DNA of 64,000 bases from Geopsychrobacteraceae bacterium (lineage in GTDB: Bacteria; Desulfobacterota; Desulfuromonadia; Desulfuromonadales; Geopsychrobacteraceae), in contig OY759353.1 in NCBI GenBank assembly GCA_963662315.1, forward strand, positions 80,306 through 144,305, in the 5' to 3' direction. The notes beneath the pieces were generated by a model that was not told the origin of the DNA, did not search any database, and was given only the letters and a program-made list of their open reading frames with translations. Each line of letters begins with the position of its first letter. Within the stretch, counting starts at the first letter, position 1. Positions 30,465 through 39,686 of this stretch are shown here, in pieces. Made by a program: the position numbers and the translations under genes.

Positions 30465-32225
30465 ATGAACACCGGTTTGGATCGTACTATGGAACCTGTT
30501 GTTTTACGTAATTGGCAGTTGCGCAGCGCACTCCCTTCTGACACCGAACTATACGGCTTTGCCCGCGATCTGAATGTTTCTGACATTGTTGGCCGCTTGT
30601 TGTGGCTACGTGGAATTCAGTCAGTCGAGGCGGCACGCACCTTTCTTTCTTCGCGTCTGGCCGATCTTCCCGATCCTGCGTTGCTTCCTGATATGGAGCG
30701 CGCCTGTGAGCGGCTTGTCAAGGCTCTGCAGAGGGGAGAAAAAATAGCTGTCCATGGCGATTACGACGTCGATGGCATAACCGGCTGCAGTCTGCTGGTT
30801 GAAATGCTCAGCGCTTTCGGAGCTAAGGTCGTTTACCATATTCCCTTGCGGCTGGTTGATGGTTATGGGCTGTCTGAGGATGCTATCCGCGATGCCCATC
30901 GGCAGGGGTGCACGGTTATCGTTTCGGTTGATTGTGGCGTATCGGCACACCAAGAGGCCGAGGTTGCCAGTATGCTTGGTCTTGATCTTATTGTCACCGA
31001 TCATCACCAGCCACCTGAAACATTGCCTCGTTGTTATGCTTTGATAAATCCGCATTTAGCAGAGAACCGCTTCCCCTGGCCCAATCTTGCCGGTGTCGGC
31101 GTGGCTTTTTTTCTGATTCTGGGCCTGCGCAGATCATTACGTTCTATAGGATATTTCACTGAGCGCTCTGAACCTGACGTGCGCTTTGTCCTGGACCTGG
31201 TCGCCCTGGGGACAATTGCTGATATTGTACCGCTGAGTGGTGTGAACCGGATTCTGGTTAAGCAGGGGCTGCAATTACTCGAGAAGTCGGTGCGTCCCGG
31301 AATTACTGAACTTAAAAAAGTCGCCCAGGTCAAGGAAGTGAACAGTGGTGTTGTGGGGTTTCGTCTGGCTCCGCGGCTTAATGCCGCCGGACGTCTTGAG
31401 GATGCCGCAATGGGGGTCGAGTTGCTGTTGAACCGTGAGGTCAATGCCGCATCTGAGCTGGCCGAATTCCTGGATAATTGCAATCGCGATCGTCAGGTTG
31501 TTGAACAGCAGACCTTACAGGAGGCGATCGCCATGGTTGAAAACGGCCTTGATAACGATCTATACAGTATCGTGCTTGCCAAAGAAAACTGGCACGCTGG
31601 TGTTATTGGGATTGTCGCCAGTCGGCTGGTTGAACGCTACCATCGGCCTGTTGTCATGATTGCCCTGGAACATGGTGAAGGGAAGGGGTCTGCCCGCTCG
31701 ATCAGCGGATTTCATCTTCATGATGCGCTCGGTCAATGCAGTGATCTGTTGCGAGGCTTCGGTGGTCATGCTATGGCAGCTGGGTTGACCATTGCTGAAG
31801 AAGCACTCGAATCTTTCCGGTCTGCTTTTGAGACTGTGGCGCGTACGAGTCTTTCAAAAACAAATTTGCAGCCGACTTTAAATCATGATGGCGAAATCTC
31901 TCTGTCCTCCCTGAGTCTTGACGTACAGGAGCAGATAGATCAGCTGAATCCTTATGGTGCTGGCAATCCGTTGCCGACCTTTATCGGACGCGACTGCCGG
32001 GTTTATAACTGCCGGGTCGTGGGTGACAAACATCTTAAATTTGATGTTGAGCAGGAAGACAGTTTTATGCCAGCGATTGCCTTCGGCATGGCTGAGCGGA
32101 TGGCTGAATGCTCCGGCCGTCTTGATCTGCTGTTTCGTCCGGGGATTAATGAGTGGCGCGGCGAACGGTCCCTGCAACTTCAGATTATCGATTTTCACCA
32201 AGCAGGGGAACAGACCAATGGCTGA
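30465..32225 (+). CDS. recJ: Single-stranded-DNA-specific exonuclease RecJ
   Basis: DHH/DHHA1 motifs: IAVHGDYDVDGITG, VSVDCG, LIVTDHH, GGHAMAAG. An alternative ATG lies at 30489. Confidence 0.92.
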   Translation: MNTGLDRTMEPVVLRNWQLRSALPSDTELYGFARDLNVSDIVGRLLWLRGIQSVEAARTFLSSRLADLPDPALLPDMERACERLVKALQRGEKIAVHGDYDVDGITGCSLLVEMLSAFGAKVVYHIPLRLVDGYGLSEDAIRDAHRQGCTVIVSVDCGVSAHQEAEVASMLGLDLIVTDHHQPPETLPRCYALINPHLAENRFPWPNLAGVGVAFFLILGLRRSLRSIGYFTERSEPDVRFVLDLVALGTIADIVPLSGVNRILVKQGLQLLEKSVRPGITELKKVAQVKEVNSGVVGFRLAPRLNAAGRLEDAAMGVELLLNREVNAASELAEFLDNCNRDRQVVEQQTLQEAIAMVENGLDNDLYSIVLAKENWHAGVIGIVASRLVERYHRPVVMIALEHGEGKGSARSISGFHLHDALGQCSDLLRGFGGHAMAAGLTIAEEALESFRSAFETVARTSLSKTNLQPTLNHDGEISLSSLSLDVQEQIDQLNPYGAGNPLPTFIGRDCRVYNCRVVGDKHLKFDVEQEDSFMPAIAFGMAERMAECSGRLDLLFRPGINEWRGERSLQLQIIDFHQAGEQTNG

Positions 32226-33192
32226 GTCCTCTCTCCATTTATCCGGTCTTCTGGCCCAGTTATCTGCCCTCAATGTCGGGACGGTTTATCTCAACGAATC
32301 GCTGGCCAACCATAATACCTGGAAAATTGGCGGGCCGGCTGCTGCTCTGGTTGAACCCTCTGGTGAGGAACAGGTTCGGCAGCTGGTTCTGTTTGCCTGG
32401 CAGCATCGCATTCCTCTTGTTGTAATCGGGCAGGGGAGCAATCTGCTGTTTGATGATCGTGGTGTTCATGGCATCGTGGTGAAGATTGGTACGCGGATGA
32501 ATCAGCTGGCTATTACAGAAGGATCTATTGTGGCCGGAGGAGGAGTGTGGGTTCCGCAATTGGCCAGAAAATCGATGGCTGCAGGTTTGACTGGTCTTGA
32601 GCACTGCATCGGGATTCCCGGTACCCTGGGCGGGCTGATTATGATGAACGGGGGGAGTCAGCGCCATGGCATCGGGGAAAACGTGGTCAGTGTGACCTGT
32701 GTCAGCGCGGCTGGAGAGCTGCAGCGATTGAATAAGGACGAGTGTTGCTTTGCTTATCGGCATAGTGCCTTGCAGGGGACTGGTTGCGTGGTCACCGGTG
32801 CCGAACTGTTCTGTGCCAAAGGAGACAGCCTGGAGATCCGGCGTGCCATGCTTAGTGATCTGCACAACCGTCGCCATAAATTTCCGCGCAAGTTGCCGAA
32901 CTGTGGTTCTGTATTTTTAAGTACGGCTGAAATGCATGCCAGTGTCGGTCCCCCTGGAAAAATTATTGAAGAGTGTGGGCTTAAAGGGACGCGTTGTGGG
33001 GGAGCGGAAGTGTCACCTCATCATGCAAATTTTATCGTCAATGTCGAGCGGGCTTCTTCGGCGGATGTTTTAGAGCTGATTGCCCACATCCGGGCCAGAG
33101 TGATGGATAAAATTGGCTTTGAGCTGTGCTGTGAGGTGCGTTATGTCAGTCCTGACGGTAAAATTCTGCCTGCTCATTTAGCCCTCTCCTAG
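32218..33192 (+). CDS. murB: UDP-N-acetylenolpyruvoylglucosamine reductase
   Basis: ATG at 32218 overlaps the recJ end by 8 nt. NHNTWKIGGPAAALVEP (FAD-binding), GQGSNLLFDD, NCGSVF, HHANFIVN, and a C-terminal EV glutamate. Confidence 0.85.
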   Translation: MAESSLHLSGLLAQLSALNVGTVYLNESLANHNTWKIGGPAAALVEPSGEEQVRQLVLFAWQHRIPLVVIGQGSNLLFDDRGVHGIVVKIGTRMNQLAITEGSIVAGGGVWVPQLARKSMAAGLTGLEHCIGIPGTLGGLIMMNGGSQRHGIGENVVSVTCVSAAGELQRLNKDECCFAYRHSALQGTGCVVTGAELFCAKGDSLEIRRAMLSDLHNRRHKFPRKLPNCGSVFLSTAEMHASVGPPGKIIEECGLKGTRCGGAEVSPHHANFIVNVERASSADVLELIAHIRARVMDKIGFELCCEVRYVSPDGKILPAHLALS

Positions 33193-33212
33193 GGGCTTTT
33201 TTGCTCGTTCAA

Positions 33213-33262
33213 CCACACCCAGCACTCCCTCCTTCCCGAGAAGGTGAAAGTGCTGGGTGTGG
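33213..33262. terminator. 14-bp perfect inverted repeat between convergent murB and ettA (probable bidirectional terminator)
   Basis: CCACACCCAGCACT (33213-33226) pairs with AGTGCTGGGTGTGG (33249-33262). The 22-nt loop has inner CCTTC/GAAGG pairing. Confidence 0.55.
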
Positions 33263-33281
33263 GATGTATTGAGGTTTGCAG

Positions 33282-34958
33282 TTATTGTCTGGTTAATGAC
33301 CGGTAGCGGATCCGGTGTGGTTGATCGGCTTCGCGCCCCAAACGCCGCTTGCGGTCTTCTTCATATTCTGAATAGTTACCTTCGAACCAGACCACCTGGG
33401 AGTCTCCTTCAAAGGCGAGCATATGAGTGGCGATCCGGTCCAGGAACCAGCGATCGTGGCTGATCACCACGGCACAGCCGCCAAAGTTTTCCAGACCTTC
33501 CTCAAGCGCCCGTAAGGTATTGACATCCAGGTCGTTGGTGGGCTCGTCAAGCAGCAGCACGTTGGCTTCTTCGCGTAACATTTTGGCCAGATGAACCCGG
33601 TTGCGTTCACCACCGGACAGAACGCCGACCTTCTTCTGCTGATCTGAACCGGAAAAGTTAAAGCGCGCCACATAGGCCCGTGAATTGACTGATTGGCCGC
33701 CCATCATGAAGTTGTCATGACCTCCACTGACCTCTTCCCATATGGTTTTGTTCGGATCAAGATCACGTCCCTGATCGACGTAACCAAGCTGAACGGTTTC
33801 GCCAACTTTGAAGCTGCCTGCGTCGGCCTGCTCCTGTCCGATGATCATTTTGAACAGGGTCGATTTACCGGCACCGTTAGGACCGATGACACCAACGATC
33901 CCCCCTGCGGGCAGGTTGAAACTGAGGTTGTCGATGAGTAACCGCTCACCGAATCCTTTGCTGACATCTTTGGCTTCAACTACTATATTGCCCAATCGAG
34001 GCCCTGGTGGAATAAACAGTTCGAGGGTTTTCTCCTTGGCCAGCCCTTCGTTACCCAGAAGTTTTTCATAGGAGTTGATCCGCGCCTGGGATTTGGCATG
34101 GCGACCCTTGGGTGACATGCGGATCCATTCGAGCTCGCGTTGCAGGGTCTGTTGGCGTTTGCTTTCGGCCTTCTCTTCTTTACGCAGGCGTTCCTGTTTC
34201 TGTTCCAGCCAGCTTGAATAATTGCCTTTCCATGGTATCCCGTGGCCACGATCCAGTTCGAGAATCCAGCCAGCGACATTATCCAGGAAATAGCGATCGT
34301 GGGTAACTGCGATAACGGTACCCTGATAACGCTGCAGGTGTTGCTCAAGCCAGGCAACGGTTTCCGCATCCAGGTGGTTGGTCGGTTCGTCGAGCAGGAG
34401 AATATCAGGTTTCCTGAGCAGCAGGCGACACAATGCTACGCGGCGTTTTTCACCACCGGAAAGGTTTTTGATCGGAGTCTCGGGTGCCGGGCAGCGTAGT
34501 GCTTCTTCGGCTAGCTCAAGGCGTGAATCAAGTTCCCAGGCATCGGCGGCGTCCAACTGATCTTGAACGGCAGCCTGGCGGGCCAGGAGTTTGTCCATAT
34601 CGCAGTCCGGGTCGGCGAAGGCGTTATTGATCTCTTCAAATTCCGCCAGCAGGTCGACGATTTCCTGTACCCCCTCTTTAACCACTTCGCGCACGGTTTT
34701 GCTGTCATCGAGTTGTGGCTCCTGTTCCAGATAGCCAACACTGTAACCCTCTGACAAAACGGCTTCACCGTTAAACTCTTTATCAACCCCGGCCATGATT
34801 TTCAGCAGGGTTGATTTGCCTGATCCGTTCAGACCCAGCACGCCAATTTTGGCTCCGTAAAAGTACGACAGGGAAATGTCTTTGATGATGGTCTGCTTAT
34901 TGTACGTTTTGCTGACCTTCATCATGGAATAGATGATTTTTTTTGTGTCCTCGCTCAT
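33282..34958 (-). CDS. ettA: Energy-dependent translational throttle protein EttA (ABC-F ATPase)
   Basis: 558 aa with two ABC cassettes (GLNGSGKST and GPNGAGKST; LSGGEKRR and LSGGERNR). The N-terminus [11 protein letters not shown]...[15 protein letters not shown] resembles E. coli EttA/YjjK. Confidence 0.9.
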   Translation of the reverse strand: MSEDTKKIIYSMMKVSKTYNKQTIIKDISLSYFYGAKIGVLGLNGSGKSTLLKIMAGVDKEFNGEAVLSEGYSVGYLEQEPQLDDSKTVREVVKEGVQEIVDLLAEFEEINNAFADPDCDMDKLLARQAAVQDQLDAADAWELDSRLELAEEALRCPAPETPIKNLSGGEKRRVALCRLLLRKPDILLLDEPTNHLDAETVAWLEQHLQRYQGTVIAVTHDRYFLDNVAGWILELDRGHGIPWKGNYSSWLEQKQERLRKEEKAESKRQQTLQRELEWIRMSPKGRHAKSQARINSYEKLLGNEGLAKEKTLELFIPPGPRLGNIVVEAKDVSKGFGERLLIDNLSFNLPAGGIVGVIGPNGAGKSTLFKMIIGQEQADAGSFKVGETVQLGYVDQGRDLDPNKTIWEEVSGGHDNFMMGGQSVNSRAYVARFNFSGSDQQKKVGVLSGGERNRVHLAKMLREEANVLLLDEPTNDLDVNTLRALEEGLENFGGCAVVISHDRWFLDRIATHMLAFEGDSQVVWFEGNYSEYEEDRKRRLGREADQPHRIRYRSLTRQ

Positions 34959-35223
34959 GTCTGTCCTTTGATGTATGAGAATAAACCTGTAATCATCAGG
35001 TAGTTAGAATTTTTGCTCAAGGATGTATAACATTGCTGCTCAGTTTCCTGCAACAGGTGAGATTGTTAGAGTTCGAATTGAAGAATTAAGGGGCGCTCAG
35101 GGTGAACCCTGCTTCCCCCAAAGAGATGTTTCTTGACCATGTCCTCTTTGAATCACTGTCAGCAGGTTGTTGGAATAACGAGGGAGTGTTTATCTTGTTT
35201 TCCCTCTTTATCGCCAAGCTCGT

Positions 35224-36360
35224 TCAAGAAACTGCTGGCCCTTCGAGTTGCCGGAGGATTGTTAAAAAGTTATAGGTCAGTTGGGGGTGCAGTTTGTTCC
35301 CGGCCAGGTTGTGCATGATCTGGATAATCTGGTTCAGATCCAATGCTTCCTCGTAGGATCGATGGGTTCGCATGGCATCGTAGGTATCTGAAATTGCAGT
35401 CATGTAAGAGCAGAAATGCTGTTTCCACGACGGCTTGACTTCGGGATATCCGGCCAGATCATAGCGCATATGATGCTCAAATGCTGTGATGACTGCGAGT
35501 TTGGGTACGTCCGGAACGGTCAGCAGATACTCTGCCCCCAAGCGTGGATGTTGTTTCATCGTGTTCCATTCTTCTTCATTCAGTGCCGCGGTTTTGGTCA
35601 GAATTGACGGAGAAATGAACATCTTCCCGACATCGTGAAGCATGGCAGCGATTCCGATATCATTGAGTAATTGTCCCTCAATTCCCAGGGCCTTGGCCTG
35701 TGCCAGATTGAGCAGGCAGATATTGGTTGAGTGGGTATAGGTATATTCGTTAATGGCTCGCAGCGGTGCCAGAGCCAGAAAGGCATTGCCTTGCTTTTTG
35801 AAAGAATGGATAAAGCTGGCGACAATGTCTGAAATCCCTGATAAATCGATTTTTTCCCTATTCTGGATATGCTGGTAAAGATCATTAATCTGACTGGGCT
35901 CAACAGCTGAAATCTCTGCCAGCCCTAACAACGCCCCTTGCTCAGCACCAGACTGACGATAGCGTACCTCAACCTGGCCAAAATGAATATGTTTGCTGTC
36001 ATAAATGGCTGTTTCATTGTGCTGAGACTGACTGAGAATCTGAATCAGGTTGAGAAGTTCTTCTGTGTAGATGCCTCTTTCGATTTTTAGATAACTGATT
36101 CCTCTTTGTGAAAAGGAAGAAATCAATCGAGAAGCGGTTAATGTCGTTATCAGTGGTTTGTTGTTGTAGATCAGCTGTCCATTGATGAGTCTCAGGATCA
36201 GGTCATCTCCTGCTCCTGTTAATTGTTCAAGGCCCTGCATGGCCTGCTTGTTGAAACGTAATACCTGGCGGTGATTGATGTCATAAAGTGCCGCATTTGC
36301 CGCAGCTGTCATCAACAGGCGAATGAAATTATAGATGGGGGACTGTTCAGTGGATTTCAT
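35224..36360 (-). CDS. HD-GYP domain phosphohydrolase (probable c-di-GMP phosphodiesterase) with N-terminal uncharacterised module
   Basis: HDVGKMF (HD) and FEHHMRYDLAGYP (HHxxxDxxGYP). ATG at 36360 overlaps the upstream gene by 14 nt. An alternative ATG lies at 36378. Confidence 0.8.
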   Translation of the reverse strand: MKSTEQSPIYNFIRLLMTAAANAALYDINHRQVLRFNKQAMQGLEQLTGAGDDLILRLINGQLIYNNKPLITTLTASRLISSFSQRGISYLKIERGIYTEELLNLIQILSQSQHNETAIYDSKHIHFGQVEVRYRQSGAEQGALLGLAEISAVEPSQINDLYQHIQNREKIDLSGISDIVASFIHSFKKQGNAFLALAPLRAINEYTYTHSTNICLLNLAQAKALGIEGQLLNDIGIAAMLHDVGKMFISPSILTKTAALNEEEWNTMKQHPRLGAEYLLTVPDVPKLAVITAFEHHMRYDLAGYPEVKPSWKQHFCSYMTAISDTYDAMRTHRSYEEALDLNQIIQIMHNLAGNKLHPQLTYNFLTILRQLEGPAVS

Positions 36361-38503
36361 GTGTAGCCCCTTTGGCATTACTGAAGACGGTCAGTAATTG
36401 GGTTTTGTGCTTGCTGTTATGCAGTTCGGAAATCAGTTTTTCCGCAACAGGTCCTGAAAAATTCGGCAAGGCTTTAAGCATTTCCTGATGTAATGATTTC
36501 ATCTTTGACGATATGAACAGGCCTTTTTTCATCAGCAGGCGGCGAAAGATGACCAGGGTTTCGGGGGCAGCAATATGGCCCAGGCTTTGTATCGCCGTGA
36601 TTTGCTGCTGAAGTTCTTCTTCCGACGCTGCCTGCGTCTGAACAACTGTGTGTAAAAACTGTATAACAGCGGGATCTTTGCTTAAGGCTGCTACTCTTAG
36701 CGCTGCGTCTTTAGCGACCGGATCGGTATTCTGCAGTTCCTGTATCAGGTAGCGGTTGCCTGTTGCGGGGTTGGACATCAGCAGGTTGCTGATCGCTTCT
36801 ATCCTGACCATGGGATGATCATGGTTGCAGAAGGGCAGGCTGGCTTTCAGGGTCTGGGGATTGGGGGTCCCACCCAGGACAGACAACAGGTTTCGGACCA
36901 GGTACCAGCGGTCATCGGCCAATGCCTCAATGATGGCCTGTTGTGTATTGGCGCTGATTTTCTTAAGAATCTGCAGCCACATCAACCGGTCTGCCTTATT
37001 GGGGGCTGCCCCGAGCCGTTCAATGATTGGCGCAATATAAGGTTCTCCGACAGTCTCAATGTAGGCGATCAGGTCGGCGTGTTTATGGTGTTCCCAGATG
37101 TCAAAACCATCGAGAATCTCGGTGATAAACGATTTCTGTGAATGTGTCGCAATAACTTTATCCGCAAATATATCCAGATGCGCAAAGCCACTATTGAGAT
37201 GCTGATGCCAACTGAGAAAAATGTTTTTCAGCATTCTGAAATGCCCGGTATCCAAATAGAATTTGGTCAACTCGAGAAGTTGCTCCTGAATGGCAGATTC
37301 AACGTCCCTGGTGAGGGGGGATTCAAGCAGTTTGAGGATAATTGGGGACAAATGCTGTTCAACCGCTTGGTGTTCAATCAGTTGACGCAACTCTGTTTGC
37401 ACCTCATCCGGAATCAGGTCCGCAGCAATTTTATCAGTAAAAATATCGGCCAGGGCGGTCTGATATTGATTGGGCAGGTAGGCTTCCTGCTGTTCTTCGC
37501 GAAACAGTTCGTCGAGCCGAGCTTTCATCACATCAGGGGCAAAATTATTAGAATCATGGCCTTTTCCGGGTGACTTCTGTGTATTGGTTGAAAACAATTC
37601 GAGTAAGTTCACCAGCCGTGTCGATATGTGATTTTTGGCGCGACTTAAGGAGACAAGGGAGTCGTCAAAAAAATGCGGGGAAATCTCGGAAAGAATATTT
37701 TCCGCCGGTTCGGGGTTCTTATTCAGTGACTGGAGAATATTGCTTAAGAAAAATTCACGGGCTTCATTGCTGAGCTGCTGCAATAAATGGTTGAGGCGGG
37801 TCCCCGCCTGCTTCTGCAATGCCTGTGAATGATTGTAATACAAGCTGTTATCGATGAATTCGGATAATTTGTGTTGATAGTTGCGATCTGGAATTGTTGC
37901 GTTGGTGTGGGCGCTATTCAGCATTTGGGCGAAATTGGTTAAGTTCTGTTCGTCCTCAACATCAAAATCGAGAATCCCCCGATTCAACCCGAACAGGAAG
38001 TTTTCCCATAGGTCTGGACTGCTTGAGGGCGGGGCTGAGCCAAGGGCTTTTGCTTGAAAGGCTTCATAATCTACGGCAATGACCTGAATATGCTGAATTC
38101 TTTGTTCCTCAAGGAGCAAGGGGAAACCACCAAAGGCTTCAATCTGATTCCGGTCACTGCGTAGCAGGTGGATAAAACGAATCAATTCATCAGCGCTGAT
38201 ACCGGGCAGAAAGCTGACGGTTGCTACGCCAAGACCGGAGAAAAAATGGCAGAAATCTGCGACAGCCTGATCTTCATTGTCAAATTTGATCTGTTCATAA
38301 TACATTGCTGCCGGAGCAATGCCGATAGTGACGGTCGCTGCGGAAAGAAAAAAATCTTGCAATAAGGTTAGTGTTTTGCCAATACTTTCGCGTATTGCCG
38401 GATGCTCTGGCGGGTAGATAGACAGGTGCCGCCGGGCGATATTGAGCCTTTGCAGGAAAGTTATTATCAGAGGTTTCTCTGTGTCTGGCATTGGTTTTGT
38501 CAT
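36347..38503 (-). CDS. 718-aa uncharacterised protein: N-terminal module shared with the downstream HD-GYP protein, C-terminal HEAT/ARM-like repeats
   Basis: A long ORF with coding-like composition. HEAT-like units include DDRWYLVRNLLSVLG, HDHPMVRIEAISNLL and DPVAKDAALRVAALS. No catalytic motif is recognisable. Confidence 0.6.
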   Translation of the reverse strand: MTKPMPDTEKPLIITFLQRLNIARRHLSIYPPEHPAIRESIGKTLTLLQDFFLSAATVTIGIAPAAMYYEQIKFDNEDQAVADFCHFFSGLGVATVSFLPGISADELIRFIHLLRSDRNQIEAFGGFPLLLEEQRIQHIQVIAVDYEAFQAKALGSAPPSSSPDLWENFLFGLNRGILDFDVEDEQNLTNFAQMLNSAHTNATIPDRNYQHKLSEFIDNSLYYNHSQALQKQAGTRLNHLLQQLSNEAREFFLSNILQSLNKNPEPAENILSEISPHFFDDSLVSLSRAKNHISTRLVNLLELFSTNTQKSPGKGHDSNNFAPDVMKARLDELFREEQQEAYLPNQYQTALADIFTDKIAADLIPDEVQTELRQLIEHQAVEQHLSPIILKLLESPLTRDVESAIQEQLLELTKFYLDTGHFRMLKNIFLSWHQHLNSGFAHLDIFADKVIATHSQKSFITEILDGFDIWEHHKHADLIAYIETVGEPYIAPIIERLGAAPNKADRLMWLQILKKISANTQQAIIEALADDRWYLVRNLLSVLGGTPNPQTLKASLPFCNHDHPMVRIEAISNLLMSNPATGNRYLIQELQNTDPVAKDAALRVAALSKDPAVIQFLHTVVQTQAASEEELQQQITAIQSLGHIAAPETLVIFRRLLMKKGLFISSKMKSLHQEMLKALPNFSGPVAEKLISELHNSKHKTQLLTVFSNAKGATHEIH

Positions 38504-38624
38504 CGTGCCTGCCTGGTAACATAAACAGTTCGTCTTGCTTGGAAAGGGTAAGTATAACAGGATTTTCGGTCGTGCTGTAGCCCGGATTCAGGGCTCTGCG
38601 ACAAACTATTGCATTCACTACCTA

Positions 38625-39659
38625 ATGGTGCTAGATTCTCAAATCTATGAAGATACTATTTACAGACTGCAGATGAGCGCGCGCGAACGATTTGACGTTG
38701 GCGATGCGGCTCTAGCCGTTCAGTTGTTTGGCCAGCAGAATAAACATCTTAAGCTCATTGAAAAAAAATTGGGCATCCGCCTTGGTAGCCAGGGGACCAG
38801 TTTGACCCTGACCGGTGAACAATCGCAGATTGAGATCGGTATGCGGCTATTTGAGGAGTTGTGCGCATTGCTGCGTGACGGGATGCCTATATACCCTACC
38901 GATATTGATTATGCCATCCGTATTCTATCCGCCGATTCCAGTTCCTGTTTAAAAGATATTTTTTTCGATACGGTATTTGTATCCGCACGCAACAAGATGA
39001 TTGCGCCCAAGAGTCTGGCGCAAAAGCACTATATTGATCAAATTCGGCAAAATAATGTCGTGTTCGGCATAGGGCCGGCCGGGACGGGGAAAACCTATCT
39101 GGCCATGGCCATGGGTGTTGCGGCGCTGATGCGCAAAGAGGTCAGCCGCATCATGCTGGTCAGACCGGCGGTTGAAGCTGGCGAAAAACTTGGCTTCCTG
39201 CCTGGTGATCTGGCTGAAAAGGTAAATCCTTATTTGCGACCACTTTATGATGCTCTTTACGATATGGTCGATTTTGATAAGGCCAAGAATCTTGTCGAAA
39301 CCGGCATCGTTGAGGTTGCGCCATTGGCTTTTATGCGGGGACGAACCCTGAATAATGCTTTTGTGATTCTTGATGAGGCCCAAAATACCACCGTAGAACA
39401 AATGAAAATGTTTTTAACTCGCCTTGGCTTTGGCAGTTGTGCTGTCATTACCGGGGATGTAACTCAGATAGACTTACCGCGTGAAAGCAAGTCGGGACTG
39501 CTGAATGCCATCGATGTTCTGGTGGGGGTGCCCGGAATAGCCTTTACCCACTTCAGTGACGCTGATGTCGTTCGGCATCCGATTGTCCAGGCGATTGTGC
39601 AGGCCTATCAACGGGCTGATCTGCGTGATCATGGACAGGGGCACAGAGCCCGAGGGTAA
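38625..39659 (+). CDS. phoH: PhoH-like ATPase (YbeZ family)
   Basis: Walker A GPAGTGKTYLAM, Walker B FVILDEAQN, ITGDVTQIDLP. The start is uncertain (ATG at 38625 or 38673). Confidence 0.85.
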   Translation: MVLDSQIYEDTIYRLQMSARERFDVGDAALAVQLFGQQNKHLKLIEKKLGIRLGSQGTSLTLTGEQSQIEIGMRLFEELCALLRDGMPIYPTDIDYAIRILSADSSSCLKDIFFDTVFVSARNKMIAPKSLAQKHYIDQIRQNNVVFGIGPAGTGKTYLAMAMGVAALMRKEVSRIMLVRPAVEAGEKLGFLPGDLAEKVNPYLRPLYDALYDMVDFDKAKNLVETGIVEVAPLAFMRGRTLNNAFVILDEAQNTTVEQMKMFLTRLGFGSCAVITGDVTQIDLPRESKSGLLNAIDVLVGVPGIAFTHFSDADVVRHPIVQAIVQAYQRADLRDHGQGHRARG

Positions 39660-39686
39660 CACGCGAAAGGCGCTGACAGAGAGTAT

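Noticed and set aside
31954-32217. Long N-terminal extensions offered by the ORF track for murB (31954). Similar extensions are offered for IID (59510), HPr (60250), ybeY (41851), rseP (4543), uppS (1772), lnt (43270), ptsN (55702) and leuA (11493).
   Set aside because: The extensions overlap the preceding gene in another frame or cross terminators. They lack family-conserved sequence. In each case an internal ATG/GTG with a proper SD coincides with the conserved N-terminus.
34959-35223. Looked for a GEMM/c-di-GMP riboswitch or small RNA in the 265-nt gap between the HD-GYP gene and ettA. The other large gaps (47617-47769, 24472-24643) were checked too.
   Set aside because: Only short 5-7-bp hairpins are present. 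None of the conserved GEMM-I features (GGCAAA / ACGCAAAGC-type tetraloop-receptor elements) are recognisable. The gaps are most simply promoter/terminator space.
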